Below, one piece after another: positions 57,821-64,000 of a stretch of DNA of 64,000 nt. The notes beneath the pieces are model-generated. The model was not told the origin of the DNA, did not search any database, and saw only the letters and a list, made by a program, of their open reading frames with translations. The translations under genes were made by a program, and so were the position numbers. Within the stretch, counting starts at the first letter, position 1, and every line of letters begins with the position of its first letter. The DNA comes from Myxococcota bacterium (lineage in GTDB: Bacteria > Myxococcota_A > UBA9042 > PHBI01 > JAWLBL01): contig JAWLBL010000018.1 of the NCBI GenBank assembly GCA_041687695.1, positions 96,001-160,000 of the forward strand, in the 5' to 3' direction.

Positions 57821-58696
57821 TCAGGGGCGTCCGAAGGTGGCCGCGTGGTCGCGCGCGAAGCGGGCGAACGAGGTCGCTGGCCGCCCGAGGACGCGCTCGA
57901 CGTCCGGCGAGACCGGCGCGGCCAGGCCGCTGCGCACCAGCCGGTAGAAGCCGATGAGGCGCTCGGCGTGCGCTGGCGTCAGGCCGCTGTGGACGATCAG
58001 CTCGCGGGCGGTCTCCTCGTCGAGCGCCTCGTAGCGCACGGGACGTCCACCGTGTTCGCTGATGGAGGCGGCGACCTGAGCGTGGTCGAGCGCCTCCGGG
58101 CCGGTCAGGTCGTAACCTCGGCCGGCGTGGGCGTCGGGGGCGCACAGGACGCGGGCGGCCACCGCCGCGATGTCCCGCGCGTCGATCCACGACAGCTTCG
58201 CGTCGGCCGCCGGCACCGCGATGACGCCGCGCGCGCGGATCGCTTCGTGGAGCGGGCCGTGGGCGAAGAGCTGCATGAAGAAGTTCGGGCGCAGGTGCGT
58301 GAAGCCCAGCCCCGAGGCTTCGAGCGCCAGCTCGACCTTCCGCAGGCCGAAGTCGGGGCGGCGCTCGGTGCCGATGGCGGTCAGGTTGACGACGTGGCGC
58401 ACCGTGCGGGCGGCGAGCATGGCCTCGATGAGTGGCACCGAGTGGCGCTCGGGCGTGTCGTCACCGGGACGCGCGATGAGGAACACGCGCTCGACCCCGT
58501 CAAGCGCCGCGGCGTAGGTCGCCGGGCGCTCCAGGTCGAAGGCGACGGGGCGCGCTCCTCCCAACGCCTCGAGGGCGGCCGCGGCCTGCACACGGCGTGT
58601 CGCCGCCCGGACGCGGGCGCCCTGAGCGACGAGGAGGCGGACCAGCTCGGCGCCGACCGTGCCGGTCGCGCCCAGGACGAGGATCTCACCAGACAT
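57821..58696 (-). CDS. NmrA-like/atypical SDR NAD(P)-binding oxidoreductase
   Basis: ILVLGATGTVG, THLRPNFFMQ, IDARDIAAVA, YDLTGPEAL. Confidence 0.9.
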   Translation of the reverse strand: MSGEILVLGATGTVGAELVRLLVAQGARVRAATRRVQAAAALEALGGARPVAFDLERPATYAAALDGVERVFLIARPGDDTPERHSVPLIEAMLAARTVRHVVNLTAIGTERRPDFGLRKVELALEASGLGFTHLRPNFFMQLFAHGPLHEAIRARGVIAVPAADAKLSWIDARDIAAVAARVLCAPDAHAGRGYDLTGPEALDHAQVAASISEHGGRPVRYEALDEETARELIVHSGLTPAHAERLIGFYRLVRSGLAAPVSPDVERVLGRPATSFARFARDHAATFGRP

Positions 58697-58728
58697 GAGC
58701 GACTCCTTGGGGATTCGAGGGTGGTTGT

Positions 58729-58746
58729 GTGAATGGGCGGTTCATT
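58729..58746. promoter_or_regulatory. Candidate TetR operator upstream of the NmrA-like gene
   Basis: GTGAATGGGCGGTTCATT imperfect palindrome; 13/18 identical to 59432-59449. Confidence 0.45.
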
Positions 58747-58791
58747 ATTTGGGCGCGGGCAGCCGCGAGGTTGTGAACGCCGACCCAGGGC

Positions 58792-59418
58792 TCACGGGTC
58801 TTCGGTCGTGAACAGGGCGAGCAGGCCGGCGAGGTGGTAGCGCTCGTAGGCGCGTACGGCGGCGGTGATGGCGTCGGGCTCCGACCACTCGGCCAACGCC
58901 TCGACCAGGACGCCGAGCAGGTTTCGGTAGATGCGCTCGAGCAGGAAGCGCTCGGGTGGGGTGAGCTGGCGCGCGCGGGGGAGCGCCTGGAAGTGGGCCT
59001 GCGCCAGCTCCACGAGGCGCCTGGTCAGGCGCTGGCCGAAGTCGGCGTGCGGGGTGCCGCGGGCGCGCGCGAGCAGGACCACGACGGCGTGGCGGTGGCT
59101 GATGCAGAGCCACAGCAGCTCGGCGCTGAACAGGCGGAAGGGGGCCTGCGGAGGCAGCTGCGACAGATCGGTGACCCCACGTAGGGCCGCAACACGGGCT
59201 TCGACCAGCGCCATCAGCGTCTTGGCGAGCGCGTCGGGAATCACCGCCTCGAACAGCGCCTCCTTGCTGCCGAAGTAGCGATAGATGTTGCCGGTCGAGA
59301 CGCCGGCCTCGCGCCCCATCGCCGCCATGGTGGCGCCCTCGTAGCCGTCCCGCGCGAACACCTCGAGCGCCGCCCGCCGGATCGCGCGCTCGACCTCCTC
59401 TTTGAGCACCTGCGCCAT
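58792..59418 (-). CDS. TetR/AcrR-family transcriptional regulator
   Basis: MAQVLKEEV..AALEVFARDGY..AGVSTGNIYRYFGSKEALF. Confidence 0.93.
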   Translation of the reverse strand: MAQVLKEEVERAIRRAALEVFARDGYEGATMAAMGREAGVSTGNIYRYFGSKEALFEAVIPDALAKTLMALVEARVAALRGVTDLSQLPPQAPFRLFSAELLWLCISHRHAVVVLLARARGTPHADFGQRLTRRLVELAQAHFQALPRARQLTPPERFLLERIYRNLLGVLVEALAEWSEPDAITAAVRAYERYHLAGLLALFTTEDP

Positions 59419-59431
59419 GGATCTGCCATAA

Positions 59432-59449
59432 GTGAATGCCGTGTTCGTT
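59432..59449. promoter_or_regulatory. Candidate TetR autoregulatory operator
   Basis: GTGAATGCCGTGTTCGTT just upstream of the TetR start. Confidence 0.45.
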
Positions 59450-59639
59450 TTATGCCCGCGCGTCCAGCGCCCGTCAACGCGATTCGTCGCGCGACCGCGA
59501 CCAGGGCACGCTGTCCGCGCGCGGCGGCGCCGAGGTGGGCGGGTCTCCGGTTTGGAGGGGCCGACGTTGACAGCGGTGGCGGCGTGCCTCGATCGTGGCC
59601 ACACGCCACTCGCTACACGCCATCCCACGGAGAGTGCGG

Positions 59640-62600
59640 TTGACGCCCTCGGACGACCTCGGCGCCTACGATCGCCTGAGCGGCTACGTGATCGTAGTCG
59701 ACGGGGCCGGGGGGATCCTGGCGTGGAACCAGGCCTGCGTTCGGCTGAGCGGGCTGGGCGGCGAGCAGGTGCGGGGCCGGAGGGTGTGGGAGCTGGTGGC
59801 GGCGCCCGGGGAGGCCGAGGGGGTGCGGGAGGCGCTGGAGCGGGCGGCTTCGGAGGAGCGGGTGTGCTTCGAGAGCTGCTGGGCGGCCGGCGGCGCCCCG
59901 GCGCGGAGCATCGCCTGGTCGGTGAACCTCGACGGGCAGGGGCGGCGGCTGCTGACCGGGGTCGACGTGACCGAGGGCGTGGCGGCGCGGGAGGAGCAGC
60001 GGCAGCGGCTGCACGCGCTGATGGAGCAGGCGCCGGACGGGATCTTCGTGGCCGATCTGGAGGGCCGCTACACCGACGTGAACGAGGCGGGCTGTCGCCT
60101 CTTGGGCTACCCGCGCGAGGAGATCATCGGCAAGACCATCGTCGATCTGATCCCGTCGGAGGACGTGGAGCGCCTGTGGCAGGCGCGCGAGCGCATGCTG
60201 GGCGGGCGCGTCGACGTGGCCGAGTGGCGGCTGCGGCGCAAGGACGGGGCGCTCGTGCCGGTCGAGGTCAGCGCCAAGATCCTGCCCGACGGGCGATGGC
60301 AGGGGTTGGTGCGGGACCTGAGCGCGCGCAAGCAGCTCGAGCGGGCGGTGCGGCAGAGCTACGCCGAGCTGAGCCGGGCGCAGTCGGCGGCGCGGATCGG
60401 CAGCTGGCGGCTGGACGTCGGCAGCGGCGCGCTGCGGTGGTCCGACGAGGCACATCGCATCTTCGGGACGGTCCCCGGGACGTTGATGACCTACGAGGAG
60501 TTCCTGAAGCGCGTGCATCCCGAGGACCGGGTCTACGTAGAGCAGACCTGGGCCGAGGCCCTGGCCGGGGCGCCGTACGATCTGGAGCACCGCATCCTGG
60601 TCGGGGACGAGGTCAGGTGGGTGCGCGAGAAGGCCGAGCTGGAGATCGGCCCCGACGGCGCGCCACGGGGCGGCCTGGGGGTGGTGCAGGACATCACGGA
60701 GCAGAAGCGGGTCGCCCTGGACCAGGCGCTGTGGGAGCAGCGCCTGAACGCCATCGTGTCCATCGCGCCGGACGCCATCGTCTCGTTCGACGAGGCGCGG
60801 CGCATCCTGCTGTTCAACGGGGGCGCCGAGCGCATCTACGGGTGGTCGCGGGACGAGGTGCTGGGGCGTCCGCTCGACGTGCTGATGCCCGAGGGGATGC
60901 GCGAGGTCCTGCGGGCGCGGGTGCAGGCCTTCATGGACGGGGAGGCCGCCTCGGCCCGGACGAGCGCCGGAGAGCTGGAGGTCTGGGGGCTCCGCAAGAG
61001 CGGCGAGGCGTTCCCGGCGGAGGCCGCCATCTCGAAGGTGGAGGTGGGCGGGCAGCGGCTGTTCACGGTGTGGGTGCGCGACGTCACCGAGCAGCGGCGG
61101 GCGGAGCAGGCCCTGCGGACGAGCGAGGAGCGGTTCAGGGTCTCGATGCAGGCGGCCCCGGTGGTGGTCTGGAACCAGGACGAGGATCTCCGCTACACGT
61201 GGGTCCACAACCCGGCGGCGCCGTTCGAGGTCGAGAAGGTGCTGGGCAAGACGGACCGGGAGCTGCTGCCGGCCGAGGACGCCGAGCCGCTCGAGGCCCT
61301 CAAGCGGCAGGTGATGGTTAGCGGGGAGGGCACGCGGACCATTCTGCGCACGACGGTCGGCGGACGGATTCGGCACTACGACATGACCATCGAGCCGCTG
61401 CGCGACGCGGAGGGGCGCGTCCGCGGGATCATCGCCGCCTCGTGGGACGTCACCGATCAGCGGCGGCGCGAGGACGAGCAGCGCGCGCTGGCCGAGGCCG
61501 GCGCCGCGCTGATGACCGCGACCCAGAGCGTCGACGGGCTGCTCGCCGAATTGGGGCGCGTGTGCGTCCAGGGGCTGGCCGACTGGTTCGTCATCGACCT
61601 GACCGGGCCCCTGGAGTTCCGCCGGCTGAAGGTGCAGCACGCCGACCCGGGCGACGCGGCGCTCGCGGCCGCGCTGGAGCGGGGCAGCCTCGATCGCTCG
61701 CGTCCTCACCTGATGTACGCGTCGCTGCGCAGGGGCGAGGCCAGGCTGGTCGAGGAGGTGACGCCGGCGCACCTCGAGACGATCGCGCAGGGTGAAGCCC
61801 ACCTGCGGCTGCTGAGGCAGCTGGAGCTGCGGTCGTACATCACGGTCCCGCTGGTGGCGCGCGGGCGGCTGCTAGGGGCGTTCGCCCTGATGACCTCGCG
61901 TCGGTCGCGCCGCTACGACGCGAGGGACCTCGTGCTGGCCCAGCAGCTGGCCCGGGTGACCGCGCTGGCGGTCGACAGCGCGCAGCTCTACGAGCTGGCG
62001 CAGCGCGCCATCGCCGCGCGGGACGACGTGCTGGGGATGGTGGCGCACGACCTGCGCAGCCCCTTGAGCGCGGTGCTGATGCAGGCGGACTTCATGATCC
62101 GGGTGGGCGCGGACTGCGGCGACGCGGCCGAGATCATCCGGCGCTCGGCGCAGCGGATGAACCGGCTGGTCGAGGACATGCTGGACGTGGCGCGCCTCGA
62201 GGCCGGCAAGCTGAGCGTCAACCCGGCGACGGTGGCCAGCCGGGTGCTGCTCGACGACGTCGTGAGGGCGCACGAGCCCGCCGCCTCGGCCGCGGGCCTC
62301 GCGCTGCGCCTCGAGGTCCCGGAGCACCTGCCCGACCTGCGGGTGGACCGGGACCGGCTGCTGCAGGTGTTCGACAACGTCGTCGGCAACGCCATCAAGT
62401 TCACGCCGGCGGGCGGCGAGGTCGTCCTGAGCGCCGAGCCGCGGGACGGGCAGGTGCTCTTCCGGGTGCGCGACACCGGGGCGGGCATCGCGCCCGACCA
62501 CCTCGAGCACCTCTTCGACCGCTTCTGGCAGGCCCGCAGCGACCGCCGCGGCGCCGGGCTGGGCCTGGCCATCGCCAAGGGGCTGGTCGAAGCGCACGGC

Positions 62601-62669
62601 GGCCAGATCTGGGCCGACAGCGAGCCGGGTCGGGGCACCACGGTGTGCTTCGCCTTGCCGAAGGCCTGA
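59640..62669 (+). CDS. Cytoplasmic multi-PAS/GAF sensor histidine kinase
   Basis: About 5 PAS/PAC units (DVTE, DITE, DVTD), GAF, AHDLRSPL, NAIKFT, DTGAGI, GAGLGL; start approximate. Confidence 0.92.
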   Translation: MTPSDDLGAYDRLSGYVIVVDGAGGILAWNQACVRLSGLGGEQVRGRRVWELVAAPGEAEGVREALERAASEERVCFESCWAAGGAPARSIAWSVNLDGQGRRLLTGVDVTEGVAAREEQRQRLHALMEQAPDGIFVADLEGRYTDVNEAGCRLLGYPREEIIGKTIVDLIPSEDVERLWQARERMLGGRVDVAEWRLRRKDGALVPVEVSAKILPDGRWQGLVRDLSARKQLERAVRQSYAELSRAQSAARIGSWRLDVGSGALRWSDEAHRIFGTVPGTLMTYEEFLKRVHPEDRVYVEQTWAEALAGAPYDLEHRILVGDEVRWVREKAELEIGPDGAPRGGLGVVQDITEQKRVALDQALWEQRLNAIVSIAPDAIVSFDEARRILLFNGGAERIYGWSRDEVLGRPLDVLMPEGMREVLRARVQAFMDGEAASARTSAGELEVWGLRKSGEAFPAEAAISKVEVGGQRLFTVWVRDVTEQRRAEQALRTSEERFRVSMQAAPVVVWNQDEDLRYTWVHNPAAPFEVEKVLGKTDRELLPAEDAEPLEALKRQVMVSGEGTRTILRTTVGGRIRHYDMTIEPLRDAEGRVRGIIAASWDVTDQRRREDEQRALAEAGAALMTATQSVDGLLAELGRVCVQGLADWFVIDLTGPLEFRRLKVQHADPGDAALAAALERGSLDRSRPHLMYASLRRGEARLVEEVTPAHLETIAQGEAHLRLLRQLELRSYITVPLVARGRLLGAFALMTSRRSRRYDARDLVLAQQLARVTALAVDSAQLYELAQRAIAARDDVLGMVAHDLRSPLSAVLMQADFMIRVGADCGDAAEIIRRSAQRMNRLVEDMLDVARLEAGKLSVNPATVASRVLLDDVVRAHEPAASAAGLALRLEVPEHLPDLRVDRDRLLQVFDNVVGNAIKFTPAGGEVVLSAEPRDGQVLFRVRDTGAGIAPDHLEHLFDRFWQARSDRRGAGLGLAIAKGLVEAHGGQIWADSEPGRGTTVCFALPKA

Positions 62670-62733
62670 GCGGCGCCGCCCCGTCCGGACCGACGCCGCC
62701 CCCGCCCACGGGCTGGCCCGCGCCGGCTGCGGG

Positions 62734-63300
62734 CTACTCGCAGAACCCGTCCTCGCAGCTCTGGCCGGCCGGGCAGCCATAGGAGCCGCCGCAGTCGGCG
62801 CCGAAACACTCGGGCAGCTCGGCCGAGCAGCCGGCGGCGTCGACGCAGTCGGCGATGGCCTGCGCCAGCTGCGCGTCGAAGTCGCAGCCCTGCTTGCAGG
62901 CCGCGACCTCGGTCGCGCTGAGGAAGCCGCAGGTCCGGGCCTCGTCGCAGGCGCTGCGGCAGGGGGTGTCGGTCGGGCCGGGGCCCTGGTCGGGCGTCGA
63001 GGTCACGTCGGGCTCGGGCGACGAGACGTTCTGGCAGGCGCCCACGTTGGCGCCGCTGGTCTTCACGCAGGTCTGGTTCGAGGCGCAGTTGTCGTCGGAC
63101 AGGCACCCGCTCTCGCAGATGGCCAGGTTCTGATCCTGGCAGTACTGGCCGGCCTTGCAGACGACCGGGGCGCCCTCGAAGGTGGTCCCGCACGCCTGCG
63201 CCCCGGTCGGCATCGCGCCGCCGCCGCCGCCGCCGCCGCTGGCGTCACAGGCGACCAGGGCCAGCACCGACAGGCTCATCACCAAGCTCTTCATCCGCAT
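62734..63300 (-). CDS. Cys-rich lipoprotein
   Basis: Lipobox LVAC, about 20 Cys, AAGGAG RBS. Confidence 0.85.
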   Translation of the reverse strand: MRMKSLVMSLSVLALVACDASGGGGGGGAMPTGAQACGTTFEGAPVVCKAGQYCQDQNLAICESGCLSDDNCASNQTCVKTSGANVGACQNVSSPEPDVTSTPDQGPGPTDTPCRSACDEARTCGFLSATEVAACKQGCDFDAQLAQAIADCVDAAGCSAELPECFGADCGGSYGCPAGQSCEDGFCE

Positions 63301-63641
63301 CGTCGTCTCCTTGCCGCGTTGGGGTTCGGAGACCTCATACGGATCGGCCGAGCACGGCGCCGTGAAATGCCGCGTGAAACGGCTGTCGCCTACCACGTCG
63401 GCCGCTCGGGGGGCCGAGGAGCCCGCCCAGGCGAGGCGGCGGCAGCGGCGGGAAACCTTCAGGTGGGCAGGCCCGGTCGGGGCGGCCGAGGCGGCGCCTG
63501 GATCGGGTGACAGGCTTCCAGTCCGTCGCGCATACTGGCCGTCGTCCGGGCCGCAGGGTGTAGGTCCCGAGTCCCCGGACGCGTGGGGCCGGTCGACCTG
63601 TCGTGGCTTCGCGCCCGAACCCTCGACGCGTGGAGGCGAGC

Positions 63642-64000
63642 ATGGCGAGCCGACGGTGGTTTCCCGTAGTCCTGGCGGTGTCCGCGCTGGCCGCGTGCGC
63701 CGATCCGGCGGCCGGGCCGGCCGACGAGGCCGACGGGGTCTCGACGGACGCCCCCGGCGGCGGGCCGGACGGGGCTGGGGACGCGACCGCGCCGCCCAGC
63801 GACGGGGTCGCGGGGGAGGACGCCGCGGCCGACGCGCCCAAGGGCGTGGACGCGACCGGTGACGCCGTCAGTGAGCCGGGCACCTTCGGCGCCTTCTGCG
63901 AGTCCAACGAAGACTGCTACTCAGGCTGGTGCATCGAGGGGCCCCAGGACTTCGTCTGCACCAAGGAGTGCCTCGAAGGCTGCCCCGAGGGGTACGTCTG
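63642..64000 (+). CDS. Cys-rich lipoprotein, truncated by the window end
   Basis: MASRRWFPVVLAVSALAAC, Asp/Ala linker, CESNEDCYSGWC..CTKEC; GGAGG RBS. Confidence 0.8.
   Translation, partial: MASRRWFPVVLAVSALAACADPAAGPADEADGVSTDAPGGGPDGAGDATAPPSDGVAGEDAAADAPKGVDATGDAVSEPGTFGAFCESNEDCYSGWCIEGPQDFVCTKECLEGCPEGYV

Noticed and set aside
63218..63240. GCC trinucleotide run as a phase-variable repeat
   Set aside because: Encodes an in-frame poly-Gly linker in a lipoprotein
63361..63380. Additional parS site (CGTGAAA twice)
   Set aside because: Half-sites in direct orientation, not the 16-bp palindrome

Overview
Very GC-rich bacterial chromosomal segment, most consistent with a Myxococcota/deltaproteobacterial genome (Myxococcus-style pil cluster, Cys-rich lipoproteins), and probably origin-proximal because three parS sites precede parAB. 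Core genes: PP2C phosphatase, TldD, parA/parB, type IVa pilus cluster (pilB-T-C-S-R-G, two sugar-modifying genes, pilH-I, no pilA), dprA-topA-trmFO, fadN-fadA, a CzcCBA-type heavy-metal RND cluster, TetR/NmrA and a multi-PAS histidine kinase. Best candidates for undescribed systems: (1) an eCIS-type (Afp15-like) tandem AAA ATPase coupled to a ~2660-aa DUF4157 protein with helical DW repeats and a long beta-repeat body, with no tail genes nearby; (2) a lower-GC island with a degenerate STAND-TPR-HicB-like protein coupled to an MBL-fold hydrolase, flanked by an MmeI-like remnant and a 44-bp hairpin array behind a helical orphan gene; (3) a TIGR04255-HEAT-ART-like three-gene cassette. Family assignments come from motif recognition by eye; no database searches were run.
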